From NCBI GenBank assembly GCA_964016885.1, contig OZ024741.1:161510001-161574000 (forward strand): a DNA stretch of 64,000 nucleotides, in the 5' to 3' direction. The notes under the pieces were generated by a model. That model did not search any database and had not been told where the DNA came from. It worked only from the letters and a program-made list of their open reading frames with translations. This document shows, one piece after another, positions 25,688-38,634 of the stretch (position 1 is the first letter of the stretch; every line of letters begins with the position of its first letter). A program made the position numbers and the translations under genes. The stretch comes from Eledone cirrhosa. Taxonomy: Eukaryota.

Positions 25688-26030
25688 GATAAATCTACCA
25701 AGAGTTTACGGTAGTGTCCAATCCGTATGAAGAAATCAATGTAATCCGGATATCATAGAAAGAAGAGATGCAATGAAAAATCACTTTCAGTGAAAGATAA
25801 ACGGAAAACAGAGTCAAGATAAAATATTAAAAAAATAATGAATAAAACAATGAAGCAGTTCCTTATATTAAACAAAAAAAGTTCATTATTTAACGATCGT
25901 TTCTAGGATATATATGTGTTAGAATTGGCATGCATATTCAACAGATCTATGTACAAAATTATACAAAATTATACAAACTATCAAAATTAAATATACATAC
26001 CAAACACATATATATGCCGTCTTCAGAAAT

Positions 26031-26168
26031 AATTGTTTCTACTTTTGGCACAAGGCCAGCAATTATTCCAGTGTATTACTGGTACTTTATTTTATCGACC
26101 CGTTAAGGATGAAAGGCAAAGTTAACCTCGGCGGGTCTTGAACTCAGTCCGTAAAGGGACGTAACTGT
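26031..26168 (-). mobile_element. SINE family 1 inserted in the inverted pLTR
   Basis: Reverse complement of ~10370-10507. Confidence 0.85.
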
Positions 26169-26287
26169 GAACAACAATTCAAAATTAGAGGTCTGTTTGG
26201 GAACAGAGTTCAAATTGACCAATGAAAATACAAAAAGTTTATACAGTTAGGTGTGTGTATATATTCATATAAGTAACTTCGTTACCT

Positions 26288-28210
26288 TTGGCATTGAAAA
26301 GACCACACTTCAACCTGAAGGATCATAAATCAAACTTTAACTCAAATCCTTCTATAAGACTTATATGTCCCTCCAAATCTGATATTGGAATAATTAGCAA
26401 AAAAATTTTGGATAGAGTCATCCCACAAATAAGAAAACATGTTATTTTACCACTCTGGGAAAACACTTCCCAGGTAATTAACTGGTTTAAAAATATTAGA
26501 TGTAAATCTTCTGCTTCATTTCTACAATTTGATATAGATAATTACTATTCTTCTATATCACCTATACTCCTGAACAAAGCATTGATATTTGCTAAAAATA
26601 GATCTAACTTAACTTTGGATGACATTAATATTATTACACATGCTAGACTAACACTTATTGAATTTCAGAATGAATACTGGACCAGAAACACATATAGTAA
26701 TCTATTTGATATTACTATGGGTTCAAGCGATTCCGCCCAAATTACTGATCTTGTGGGCCTCTTTCTCCTTTTCAACATAAATGCCTCCTTTCCCCACCTT
26801 AAAGGTGGTTTATATCGTGATGACTGTCTTCTTCTTTCCAACAACCTTAGCCTTTCAGAAATAGAAAAAAACAAAAAGCATATTAGAACTTTCCTTAAAG
26901 ACTATTATAGTCTTCATATTACTTTTGAAAAAACAAGTAAAGTAGTAAATTTCCTAGATATAACTTTAGACTTAGCTACGGGTATCTACCAACCTTACCA
27001 TAAACCCAACCAAAACTTACACTACATACACTCACAATCTAATCACCCTAAATCTATCCTTAAAAACCTTGCATATAATATATCACTTAGAATTTCTAAC
27101 CTTTCTTCTAACCAAGATGTATTTGATAAAAATGCGACCTTCTATAACGAAGCTCTAGATAGAAGTGGCCACAAAAATAGATTAGAATATATACCTTCTA
27201 CTAAAAATACTATAAACATACAACCTAATATTACCAACAAACACCAAATGAAAAGTACACACCTAAATGCCACCCACACTATACCCCAAAATACCAACTC
27301 TTCTAATATAAAGTATAGTAACTCTCAAAAAACTACTCATCATACAACTCTAATAAATGTTAATAATAAAACTCCTAATAAACAAGATAAAACACCTAAA
27401 TCTACAAATCTAACTAAAAATGTGCGTGGTGAGATCATTAACATTAATCCTCCTAGTAAACATCACGATACAACCTATAAAAATAATAAACAACATAGAA
27501 ACCGTAATAGACGGGTTACTTGGTATAATGCTCCATTTAATTTACAAATTAAGGATAATATTGCTAAAAAATTTTTTTATATCCTAGAGAAAAACTTCCC
27601 GCCAAACCACAAATACCATCAAATCTTAAATAGGTCTACAGTTAAATTCTCATACTCAACAACAAATAACATAAAACAAAATATAAGTGCCTATAATGCA
27701 TATAAATGTAAGAATACCATAAGTATACCACCAATACATCAAACTAACCATAATATCTCTTCAAATACAGAATTAACGAAAGGTTGTAACTGTAGAAACA
27801 AGGCAAACTGCCCATTAAAAGGAAATTGTCTTGTTAACAACATAGTTTATAAATGTAATGTTAAAACTAAAGATTCTATTTGCTCATATATAGGAGCTAC
27901 TTCTAACAATTTTAAGGCAAGGTTTAATACCCACAAACATAGTTTTAAAAATGCCGCACTGGCTAATACAACATCTCTAGCAGAAAAAATCAATAGTTAT
28001 AAAAATAAGAATATAGAATATGATTTGACCTGGAGTGTGCTCAAAAGAGCCACCCCTTATCAAAATAATAGAAATGAATGTAGATTATGTTCCCAAGAAC
28101 TATTTGAAATAATGAAATCTAAGGATATCCTATTAAATAAACGACAGGAATTAATTATATCGTGTAATCATAAACTAAGAAAAACATTTAAATATTATAA
28201 ACCTAATTAA
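26288..28210 (+). CDS. PLE reverse transcriptase plus GIY-YIG endonuclease (5'-truncated, uninterrupted 640 codons)
   Basis: LKDHK..IRLICPSKS, FDIDNYY, MGS, YRDD, FLDI, HSQSNHP, WYNAP, CNCx5CPLxGxC, IVYKC..SYIG; resembles the Hydra-type PLE clade (inference). Confidence 0.9.
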   Translation: MALKRPHFNLKDHKSNFNSNPSIRLICPSKSDIGIISKKILDRVIPQIRKHVILPLWENTSQVINWFKNIRCKSSASFLQFDIDNYYSSISPILLNKALIFAKNRSNLTLDDINIITHARLTLIEFQNEYWTRNTYSNLFDITMGSSDSAQITDLVGLFLLFNINASFPHLKGGLYRDDCLLLSNNLSLSEIEKNKKHIRTFLKDYYSLHITFEKTSKVVNFLDITLDLATGIYQPYHKPNQNLHYIHSQSNHPKSILKNLAYNISLRISNLSSNQDVFDKNATFYNEALDRSGHKNRLEYIPSTKNTINIQPNITNKHQMKSTHLNATHTIPQNTNSSNIKYSNSQKTTHHTTLINVNNKTPNKQDKTPKSTNLTKNVRGEIININPPSKHHDTTYKNNKQHRNRNRRVTWYNAPFNLQIKDNIAKKFFYILEKNFPPNHKYHQILNRSTVKFSYSTTNNIKQNISAYNAYKCKNTISIPPIHQTNHNISSNTELTKGCNCRNKANCPLKGNCLVNNIVYKCNVKTKDSICSYIGATSNNFKARFNTHKHSFKNAALANTTSLAEKINSYKNKNIEYDLTWSVLKRATPYQNNRNECRLCSQELFEIMKSKDILLNKRQELIISCNHKLRKTFKYYKPN

Positions 28211-29289
28211 TAACATTATTTTAGAATTTAATATATAATTTAATTTAAATGTTAGTTAACCTATAAATTTAATTTAATTAAAATTTTACTACAGATGAGA
28301 TTATAAAATATTATGTAATCATAAATTGTGAAAAACTTTTAAATATCACTAATATATACTTCGTAAATTAATTTATAGATTAATTTTAATTTATTTAACT
28401 TTTTATTAAAATTCCTTTACAGATAAAATATAACAATATATCGTGTATTCAATGACAGAGAAATAATTTTTAGTATTATAGACCTAATTAATGTACATTT
28501 TAGAAATATATTTATAATTTGGTTTTAAATTTGGTCAACCTAAAAATTTAATTTAATTGGCTTAAAATTAATATCCTAATACAGATGGATTGCAGAGTGT
28601 CATGTAATCATAGACTGAGATAGGTTTTGGATCTATACCTAGTTAATATATTCTTTGCAATTTTTGAAAAAATATGTATATGTATGTATATATATGTATA
28701 TGTATATATATATATGTGTATGTATATATATGTATATGTATATGTGTATGTATTAATTTTAATTTTCTGTTTACCTATAATTATATTCTACTATAGATAA
28801 AATACAATATCTGTTTTAATTATTATAAACCTAATTAACATATACTATAGAAATTAATATATAATTTTTAATTTAGTTAACCTATAATTTATATTCTACT
28901 ACCGATGTAATACTTTATTTGTTTTTTCCCTATTACTAAATTCATTTCCTAATATTGATACCATAACGTTAATAATTTTAATTTAGTTATACTATTATTA
29001 ATACTCTACTACTATTTAACTTCAAAATTCCGCTTCAAATATTATAAACCTAAGTAGTATACACCTTAGAAATCAATATATTAACTATCCTTAATTTAGT
29101 TAACCTATGGTTAATGGTATAATTATATTGAAATACATAATTTTGCCTTCTTTCTTACATTTCCTAATACTGAAACTATGTAAACACATATTATGATCTA
29201 AATACGCTTATTCTATGTTTCTTGAAACCTATATTTACTATAATCCCCCCCCCCCTCCCCCCCCCCCCCTACTATTATTATTTGTATTT

Positions 29290-29394
29290 GTAAGCGTTGA
29301 TGTATGTATGTATATGTAGGTAGGTATGTATGTTTGGGTGTTTGTATGTGAGTATAAAAATACATATGTGCGCATGTAAATAAGAGTGTATGAT

Positions 29395-29446
<52 letters not shown>

Positions 29447-29618
29447 TATATGTGTGTATATATATATATATATGTATATGTGTGCGTATATATATGTATA
29501 TATGTATCTATGTATTTATGTGGGTATATATGTGTGTATGTATATGTATGCACATGTATATGTCTAGGTGTATATGTGTGTATGTGTATATGTGTACGTA
29601 TGTGCGCATGTATATGTG

Positions 29619-29693
<75 letters not shown>

Positions 29694-29737
29694 AGTTGAT
29701 GTGTGTATGTGTGTGTATGTATATGTATATGTGTATG

Positions 29738-29776
<39 letters not shown>

Positions 29777-29919
29777 GTATGTGTGTATGTATATATATAT
29801 ATATGTATATGTATGTGTGTGCATATTTGTCTGACTGTGTGTATTAATTTATTTATTTATTTATTTATCTTATTTCTTTATTTTTTTTATATAAATATAT
29901 ATATATATATGTGTATGTA

Positions 29920-29960
<41 letters not shown>

Positions 29961-30292
29961 ATATATATATATATGTATGTGTGTGTATGTGTGTGTATAT
30001 ATATATGTATGTGTGTATGTATGTGTATGTATGTGTGTTTTTGTGTGTGTACGTGTGTATATATTTTTTTATATATATATATATATGTATATATGTGTAT
30101 GTATATCCCTTTATTTATGTATGTCTGAGTTGTGTGAGCGTGTGGTGGTGTTTGTATGTATATACGCTTACATGGATGTGTATGTATGTGTATATATGCG
30201 TATATGTATGTGTGTATGTGTGTGTGAGTATATATGTTTGTCTATGTATGAGTATGTATGTGTGTGTATGTATGTGTGTATATATATGTGTG

Positions 30293-30355
<63 letters not shown>

Positions 30356-30437
30356 TATGTGTGTGTGTGTGTGTATATATATCTTTATATATATATGTAT
30401 GCGTATGTGTGTGTATGTATGTGTCTATATATATATA

Positions 30438-30478
<41 letters not shown>

Positions 30479-30499
30479 GTGTATATATATGTGTATATA

Positions 30500-30595
<96 letters not shown>

Positions 30596-30821
30596 CGTGT
30601 GTTGTGAATGTACGTGTATATATATGTATGCGTGTGTGTGTATATATATATATATATATGTGTGTATATGTCTATGTATTTATATGTGTATATGTATGTG
30701 TCTCTATATGTATGCGGGTGTGTATGTATATGTGTATTTATATGGTGTGTGTATGTATATGTATGTGTATGTATGTGTTTGTGTATATGTGTATATATAT
30801 GTATGTGTGTGTATGTATGTG

Positions 30822-30852
<31 letters not shown>

Positions 30853-30960
30853 ATCGATGTATATTTTATATTTACTTGTTTATATATGTGTGTATGTATA
30901 TATATATGTGTATATATATATATATATGTGTGTGTATGTATATATTATATATATATATAT
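29290..30960. repeat. Compound (TA)n/(TG)n microsatellite
   Basis: Direct inspection. Confidence 0.97.
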
Positions 30961-31563
30961 TTTCTTGATATATTTCTTTTTTCTTTTTCTTTTCTTTTTA
31001 TTTCTAAGTTTATAGATACATTTATAAATAGGCAGTCTGCTGACACCGGTGAATACTGACCTCTCCCCCCCCCCACCTACTTTCTGTATCTGGATCTAAA
31101 TGTGTGTGGCAGTGTTTATGTGCGCACATTAATATCCATATGCTTATGATAATAGTATATACACACATATATATGTGTGCGGGGGTGTATGTGTGTATGT
31201 ATGTTCGTGGTTGTGTGTATGGGTTTGCGTATACGTGCGTCTGTGTGTGAATGTACGTATATGTGTGAGTATATGAATGTGTGTATATATTTATTTTATA
31301 TTTATATATGTGGGTACGTATTTTATCTGTAGATTATAAACATACAGAGACATTAGCCTTGAATTTTTGTATTTACATACATCTTTTTGGCAAGCGTATG
31401 CATGTGAACATATATCTTTATGCATATCTGTGAACGAAGTTACTTATATGAATATATACACACACCTAACTGTATAAACTTTTTGTATTTTCATTGGTCA
31501 ATTTGAACTCTGTTCCCAAACAGACCTCTAATTTTGAATTGTTGTTATTATCAATAAATATAT

Positions 31564-31718
31564 TTCATTATTTCTGAAGACGGCATATATATGTGTTTGG
31601 TATGTATATTTAATTTTGATAGTTTGTATAATTTTGTATAATTTTGTACATAGATCTGTTGAATATGCATGCCAATTCTAACACATATATATCCTAGAAA
31701 CGATCGTTAAATAATGAA
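31564..31718 (+). ncRNA. Hammerhead fold, family D (long stem II); inverted copy at 25882-26033
   Basis: TTCATTATTT-CTGAAGA-[13-bp ATATATATGTGTT/AACACATATATAT stem plus large loop]-GAAA-CGATCG-TT-AAATAATGAA. Confidence 0.82.
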
Positions 31719-31772
31719 CTTTTTTTGTTTAATATAAGGAACTGCTTCATTGTTTTATTCATTATTTTTTTA

Positions 31773-31814
<42 letters not shown>

Positions 31815-31817
<3 letters not shown>

Positions 31818-32857
31818 TGTTATACTTGGGGAGGGTCATGTTGTAATAATATTGCCAGAATTAATAACAGAACACACTCACTGTTTGGTTGGTTTTCGCT
31901 TCTGTATCTTTTATATCAGTTAATTTATTCGGTCCTCAATGTTTATCATTGACTGACCAACGGTTAAAAATACAGATATAATATAGATACAAACACATAT
32001 ATATAGTCTAACAAAGTTCTTTCGTTGCACATCTACAACATCGTCAGTGGTGCTATTATGTTTCCCCCTGTTGTATTGTATGTGTATGCCATCTTTATTT
32101 AATCTGTTTATTTATTTATTTATTTATTTCCGTCTTCTTCTCTACGCATGCGTTTGCGTGTGTGTATAGTGTTTGATGTGTGTTCGCGTTTGGGTGACTG
32201 TGTTTTGGTTATTGTATTCTATCTTAGTTTACTAGTGTGTGTTTACATGTGTTTGTTGTTATTGTGTTTGTGTATATATTTATTTATTCATTTATATTTC
32301 TCTTAGGTCAGTATTGTTTGTTTGGGTGTTGTTGTTATTCCATTCATTTTTTTCTGTTTGGCTTTGGCTTTCTAAGTTCTATTTCACTGGCCTCTCTGAT
32401 TTGCCTATCTGCTGGGTCATTTCTATGTTTAGATATTATTTTAATTTCTGTTGTCTATGTTACCGCCATGTTGTTGTCTGGTGTGTTCATATAGTACTGA
32501 ACCGTTTTTTCTTCCTTTTAGTTTCCCCAGTGTTGGTCTATCCTGTTACCTATGCTACGAGCTGTCTCGCCTATGTATGTTGTTGTTATATGTGTTGCAG
32601 ATGTGCAACGAAAGAACTTTGTTAGACTATATATATGTGTTTGTGTCTATATTATATCTGTATTTTTTACTGTTGGTCAGTCAATGGTAAACATTGAGGA
32701 CCGAATAAATTAACTGATATAAAAGATACAGAAGCGAAAACCAACCAAACAGTGAGTGTGTTCTATTACTAATTCTGGCAATATTGTTACACCAACATGA
32801 CCCTCCCCAAGTATAACAATATTTGTTTCGACACACGATTTCATATCAAAAACCTCG

Positions 32858-32858
<1 letters not shown>
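31815..32858. mobile_element. Unclassified element with a ~225-bp inverted repeat, flanked by (TA)n; probably the 3' end of a 5'-inverted PLE
   Basis: 31815-32040 is the reverse complement of ~32594-32822. Confidence 0.6.
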
Positions 32859-32893
<35 letters not shown>

Positions 32894-32896
<3 letters not shown>

Positions 32897-33955
32897 AACG
32901 AGTAGGACCCCGACGGCTGAGCTCAACCCGTTTTGATGGCTAATTCTGGACTAAATGAACATTTTTATCCTGTTAAATGAATAGCCGAACTTCTCAGGGG
33001 GTAATTCCATATATGGTAAAAGTGATTGTCACAAGGATTGGTCAAAAGTTTGTTGTTGAGACACGTGATTCTATCATGGCATTTTGTGGAAGGTAGGTGT
33101 AGCTGAACTTGCCAGTAGAAGAGGGAGAGGGAGTGGAGGAAACCCAGTTAAGCGTTGAAAGTGACAACTACACCAGACTCAAAGGATAGGAGGTTGAAAA
33201 AAGTATACTAGAGAAGGGGAGGAGTGAGGAAGTCGAAACAATAAGTAAATCTATATGGAGTAAATATATAGAAAAATATTAAAAATATCAAAAAAACACA
33301 ATTTCTGGTTACAATCATCAAATCTCTCACTGGTACTGCTAAGCTATAAAAAGTTTAATTCATCCCGAAACTAATACGAAATAATAATTCAGAATCCCGA
33401 AACATGAATACTAATATGATATATATGAGTACTTATAGATTTCTTAGTGGTATTTCTGCTTTAGTTTCTCATATATCAGTATTTATTTTGGGGGGGAGGG
33501 AGGGGGATTCTGAATTAATTTTTCGTGTTAGTTTTTCATATATATCGTACGAGCATTTATGTAGTTTGTATTAGAATTTATGTATTGTAGCAGTACTCAT
33601 ATATATCGTATTAGTATTCATGTTTCGGGATTCTGAATTATTATTTCGTATTAGTTTCGGGACTCTGAATTATTATTTCGTATTAGTTTTTCTTTTTTTA
33701 GTATTTTGGCCCCCTACTTGTTGACTTGTCATTGTAAGATAGATTTGGCCAATTACTACTAACTCATAAAATTCTTCCACTACAATCTCGTATTTAGTAT
33801 TCCGTCCCACCTATTAAACTTTTTTATAGCTTAGCAGTACCAGTGAGAGATTTGATGATTGTGGAAGGGGAATAGTATTACCCACTCTACTACCCTAAGT
33901 ATTGAGTACTTTGGTGCGTTATGGTCCATCTGGTTCCTTACCACATTTCCTTCGT

Positions 33956-33957
<2 letters not shown>
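32894..33957. mobile_element. PLE family A pLTR insertion with 5' inversion; mutated hammerhead A on minus strand at 32907-33002
   Basis: 32894-33430 is inverse and 33436-33957 is direct relative to 1210-2153. Confidence 0.88.
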
Positions 33958-33987
<30 letters not shown>

Positions 33988-33998
33988 CATATATATAT

Positions 33999-34222
33999 AT
34001 ATTTATTAAAATAACAGATTAAAGTTTAATCAACGAATCGCTGCTTTCACCCTTAATGGGATCTTCTGAACGGGAGTTTCAGAAGATCCCGTTAAGGGTG
34101 AAAGCAACGATTCTTTGCTTAAACTTTAATCTGTTATTTTAATAAATATTTGCTCTACAGTTCTTATATATCTGATATATATTTATCCCGCTTTGGATTT
34201 TAGTCTTCAAATTTATTATTAT
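33999..34222. mobile_element. Fold-back mini-insertion of pLTR family B; hammerhead fold at 34075-34125 (+)
   Basis: Arms of ~70 bp around 34071-34077. Confidence 0.85.
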
Positions 34223-34224
34223 TA

Positions 34225-34403
34225 CATGTGGATTGGCAGTATCGGTAGAGGGTCGGATGCCATGCTTTGACGCATAGAGTTACGGCCCTTGCCAATCTGA
34301 GTTCAAATCTTTGCCTTTCATCCTTACGGGGTCGATAAAATAAAGTACCAGTAATGCACTGGGTAATTGCTGGCCTTGTGCCAAAAAAGTAGAAACAATT
34401 ATT
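34225..34403 (+). mobile_element. SINE family 1
   Basis: A and B boxes and tail as at 10321-10507. Confidence 0.85.
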
Positions 34404-34420
34404 ACATATATATATATAAT

Positions 34421-34764
34421 GGAGGCACATGGCTTAGTGGTTAGAGCATTGGCCTTGCAATCGAAAGGTTGTGAGTTCAATTCTCAGACCGGGTGGTGTG
34501 TTGTTTCCTTGAGCAAGACACTTTATTTCACATTGCTCCAGTTTACTCAGCTGTAGAAATGAGATGATAGGGACTGGGGTCCATATCATTCCACTGCAAA
34601 GTGGTCGTGGAGGTGCCACGGCAAAAAAAACACCCAGCACTCACTGTAAATGAGGTTGGTGTTAGGAAGGGCATCCAGCTGTAGAAATCAAGCCAGCATC
34701 AGTTCCCGTCCCACCCTTGCAAGCAGGGAAAAAGCGGACGTAAAATGAAATGATGATGAAATGA

Positions 34765-34768
<4 letters not shown>
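34421..34768 (+). mobile_element. SINE family 2, full length: tRNA-derived head, central TCCTTGAGCAAGACACTT domain, RTE-derived 3' tail
   Basis: TGGCTTAGTGG A-box, GAGTTCAATTC B-box; tail matches RTE 3'UTR 2628-2740. Confidence 0.9.
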
Positions 34769-34799
<31 letters not shown>

Positions 34800-34800
<1 letters not shown>

Positions 34801-34984
34801 GTTATTCCGGGTTGAATCGGAGGTAACCACAGTAAGTAAGGTACTCAATACATAGCAGAGTATAAAAGTTTTAATATAGATGAGATTCTACAGGACTAGA
34901 ACTGTTTCATTCATTAGAAATCATCAGGATTTCTAATGAATGAAACAGTTCTAGTCCTGTAGAATCTCATCTATATTAAAACTT
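34800..34984. mobile_element. Fold-back mini-insertion of pLTR family E; hammerhead core on minus strand at 34886-34929
   Basis: ~57-bp perfect inverted arms; CTGATGA-TTC/GAA-GAAA-CAG..CTG-TA; flanked by (TA)n. Confidence 0.8.
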
Positions 34985-35079
34985 ATATATATATATATAC
35001 ATATTCTCTTTTACTCTTTTACCTGTTCCAACCATCTGGCTGAGGCCATGCTGGGGCACCACCCTTGTTGCTACACATT

Positions 35080-37815
35080 TTATCTCCAGCCTGTATTGGT
35101 TAGCCACTGATGTAAGAGGGAGTTTGTTGCTGCTGCCCTTAGGTTTCCCTTGTGCCTTGCTGTGGGCTCATCCTGGATCCTGGATAGCAATGTGTCGAGA
35201 TGTTTCTTGAAGACATCCACCTCCACACCATGCAGATCTCTCAAATCCCTCGGCAGCTTGTTGAAGAGTTGAGGGCCCTTGAATCCTAGGCTACTGCAAT
35301 ATCTGCTCCTTATTCTAGATGTGGAAGACAGGACCTTTGGCACCACACTGTGACGTCCTGTTTGACGGTTGGTCCAGCTCCCAATGCCAAAGTTTGGTGC
35401 TAGTCCCTCCAGGATTTTCCACATGTAGATCACTGCGTATCTCTCCCATCTTCGTTCCAAGGAGTAGAGGTTCAGTTCTTTTAGCCTCTCCCAGTAGCTT
35501 ATCTCCTTCATCATGGCAATCCTCTTGGTGTAGCTTTGCTGTATTGCCTCAAGCTCCGTGGTTAGTTTGATACTATGGGGTGACCACAACTGGGAGCACT
35601 AGTCCAGGTGGCTTAGGACAAATTTCCTCCATAGTGTCAACATGGTGTCATGGTCTCTTGTCCGGAAAGTCCTCAAGATCCAGCCAGCGAGTCGTCTGCA
35701 CATTGTCGCCACTTTCATGATGTGTGAGGAAAAAGATGCACCATCGCTCATGTCTATACCCGGGTCTCGTATCGATTTTGACACAGGGATATTGGTCCCT
35801 CCTGGTCCTGCGTAATTGTGTTGCACTGTATTTGTGTTTGCAGGTTTGTATTGTAGGGCTTGGAATTTGCCAGCATTAAACTGCATGTTGTTTTCTTCCG
35901 CCCATTTGTATATGGCATCCAGATCTTGTTGTAAAAGGGCAGCGTCAGCCGGGTTTTTGATTGCCTGTGCTACCTTAGTGTCATCAGCATAGCTAGTGAG
36001 GGATGTTGTATGTACTACAGAGGGCATGTCTGAGAGAGCCACCAAAAACAGTAGTGGTCCCAGGACTGTCCCTTGGAGCACCCCACTTGTTATTAATGTT
36101 TCCTTTGAGAGGGCCCCGTTTGCTGCGACTGTCTGGCTTCTGTCCTTTAAGAAGTCATGCAGCCACTCACCTACTTTTCCAGTTATGCCGAGTCCGTGTA
36201 GTTTGTGACATATCATTCCGTGGTCGACCTTGTCAAAGGCCTTTGCAAAGTCAAGATATATCACGTCCACATGTGAGCTGTCTAGCAGTTGTTTCAGTAC
36301 CCAGTCATAGTGATGTAGCAGCTGTGTAAGGCTGCTTCTTCCTGGGCGGAAGCCATTCTGCGTGCTAGTCAGGCGGTCATTTTCCTCAAGGAAAGTGATC
36401 AGTTTCTTTCTGACGACTCGCTCCATGACCTTACTGATATGCGAAGTCATGGAGACTGGCCTATAGTTTTTGGCCTCCGCTCTGTTACTTCCTTTATGGA
36501 TAGGGCATATTGTGCCTTCTTTCAGCTCCCTGGGTAGTATACCGCTAGCCAAGGAGCTTCTGAAGAGCATCTTCAGTGGAGTTGCTAAGGCCCGCTTACA
36601 TGTTTTTAAGAGGACTGCTGGGAATCCATCAGGTCCAGCAGCTGAGTCTGTTCTAATTTCATCTATGGTGTATACCACATCCTCCTCCGTTATGTCTATG
36701 TGGTAGATGGTCGCCATTTCTTCATGTAGTGTTGTGGCATCAAAGAACTCCTCTGGCTTTGTTATTTGCATGTGCCTCCGTGGACATGTGAACACACTTT
36801 TGTACTGTTCATTCAGTATTTCACATATCTCTTGGGGGTTCTCAGTTAATGAACCATCTGTATGGAAGAGTGGCCCAATCTTGCAGTGTACCGAGGCAGT
36901 TTCTTTTGCAAATTTAAAGAAGGCCTTAGGGTTTGTTTTAATATTTTCTATGGCCCTGCTTTCTTTCTTTGCTCTCTCATTTTCATGGGAAAGTTTGAGT
37001 GCAATCTCGGTGTCAAGTAGTGCACGTTTCAAATAGGGTTCCTTCTTGTTTTTGTTTTTGTGTGCATTCAACTGGTTTGAGAGCTTGGTTCTACGTCTCA
37101 TGAGGATTTTCCTATCTCTGGGAATAAGATGTTTGTGTCTGTTTGCCTTTTTCTCCAGGACAAACTTCTTGCATATAGTGTGTATCATTGTCATTAAGTG
37201 TTGAAATTGTGTGTTGGTGTCTTCTGTGGCAGTATTTTCGCTCCATATTTGCTTCCAGATTTCTCTCTTGATCTTTTTCCAGTTAGCCTTGTAGAAGTTA
37301 AGGCTGGATAACGTCCCGGTGCTTCTTGATGGTTGTTGTGTCTCTGTTGGTTCTCTCGGACCACATATCATTAGTTCTACTAAGTTATGATCCGAGAAAA
37401 TTGTTGGCGTCACCTTTACATTGTGGATGAGCACTTCGTTGTTTGTAAAACAGAGATCCAGGACATTTTCGCCTCTTGGGGCATCAGGCAAACGATATGT
37501 GATACTGTCTTTAGTTGCTTCATATATACTATCAGTGTGTCACAGACTGAGTTTGAATGTGTCAACAGTACAATTTGTGTGACATCTTTACGGATATACA
37601 GAGCAACCCCACCATGTGTTCTCTCCTTCCTGTCCGAACGAAATACAGTATATTTCAGTATATGTATTTCTGCATCTGCTATACTTCTTGTCAGGTGCGT
37701 TTCGGTTAGTGCCATGCATAATGCTTGCTTGCTTATGGTTAAGTCTCCCAGGTAGGAAATTTTACTCATGTTAGTGAGTTTCACCAGGCAGGCCTCTGAC
37801 ATTCAGCAGCAGTAC
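35080..37815 (-). pseudogene. LINE ORF2 (APE+RT) with a 4-nt duplication near 37790, an APE deletion near 37480 and a stop at 35599-35601
   Basis: Motif order preserved across ORFs 37416-37802, 35599-37491 and 35080-35589. Confidence 0.88.
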
Positions 37816-37898
37816 TGGTGTGACTTTTGGGGTGCCAGCAACGGCTGTCGGTATGACACCTGGCCTGGTGTCAGCGGCGGACACTCTAGGTCCCTTAA

Positions 37899-38634
37899 TT
37901 ATGGTGGTCTCGAGTGCTGGTGTGGGTGACCCTGGCTCTGAAAACGATGCAGCCAGGTCAGCTCTCCCACAATCTTCTCTGCCATCACTAAAAAATTTTT
38001 CTGCTCTGCTGCTGCCAGCTGTATCTCATCAGCATGTGCATGCCTTCTCCTTGTTGGCGCAGCATGCGCGACATCAGCATACTTCTGGAACGGCTTGTTT
38101 TGGGTTTGGTTGGGGCATGTTGCGTAAGTAGGATGGGCATAGTTCATTTGGAGCCTGGGGTGAGCGAATCTGCAGCTCATCCCTGTCTCCCCATGCCAGC
38201 AGGTCCCGTTCCTGAAGAACTTGCACATTACCTGGGTTTTCTTGCTCCCAGTGTCTCGGTGCTTTCTGTTCTTCCTTTGGACAGTTGTCCACTGACTGAT
38301 CCCTCTGCGCTTGGTTATCCTTTGGAAGGTGATTTCGCTTCTCACCTTTACCGTTTGCTTGTTGGTTGCCCAGCCTGCCCTCTCTGACTGTGCCAGCGGG
38401 TATCTCATTTTCTTTCAGGTTCGTGCTTGTGCTTTCTTCCTTTTCTTTTTCTTCTCCTTCCTCTTCATTTTTCTCCCCCTTGAGGACATAAGCCTTCTCG
38501 ATTTCTTTTCTTTTTCTTTCTATCTGTGCCAGAGTCCTCAGAAACCCATGTCTCTTCAGTGTCTCCGCAATCTTTTTGCTTGGTGGTGACCCATCAGCCA
38601 GGCTCCACCCCTTGATTAAAACCGCTAGTTCCAT
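37899..38634 (-). pseudogene. LINE ORF1 (coiled-coil/basic region plus CCCH zinc finger), frameshifted
   Basis: Overlapping ORFs 38074-38634 and 37899-38408. Confidence 0.7.

Larger units (their letters stand above)
25685..31780 (+). mobile_element. PLE with 5' inverted pLTR (25685-26283), 5'-truncated ORF, long microsatellite-rich 3'UTR and 3' pLTR
   Basis: 25826-26283 is the reverse complement of ~31434-31775, interrupted by a SINE; flanked by (TA)n. Confidence 0.88.

Noticed and set aside
29278-31059. Long YIYI/VCVC ORFs (also at 39964-40683, 46637-48241, 57620-57982 and others)
   Set aside because: These are translations of stop-free (TA)n/(TG)n microsatellites, not genes.
32006-32050. 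Minus-strand CTGACGA-stem-GAAA hammerhead candidate
   Set aside because: The core is created by the inversion junction and is absent from the direct copy near 32590; stems I and III do not close.
34421-34495. tRNA gene
   Set aside because: A and B boxes are present, but there is no complete acceptor stem and it continues into a SINE body.
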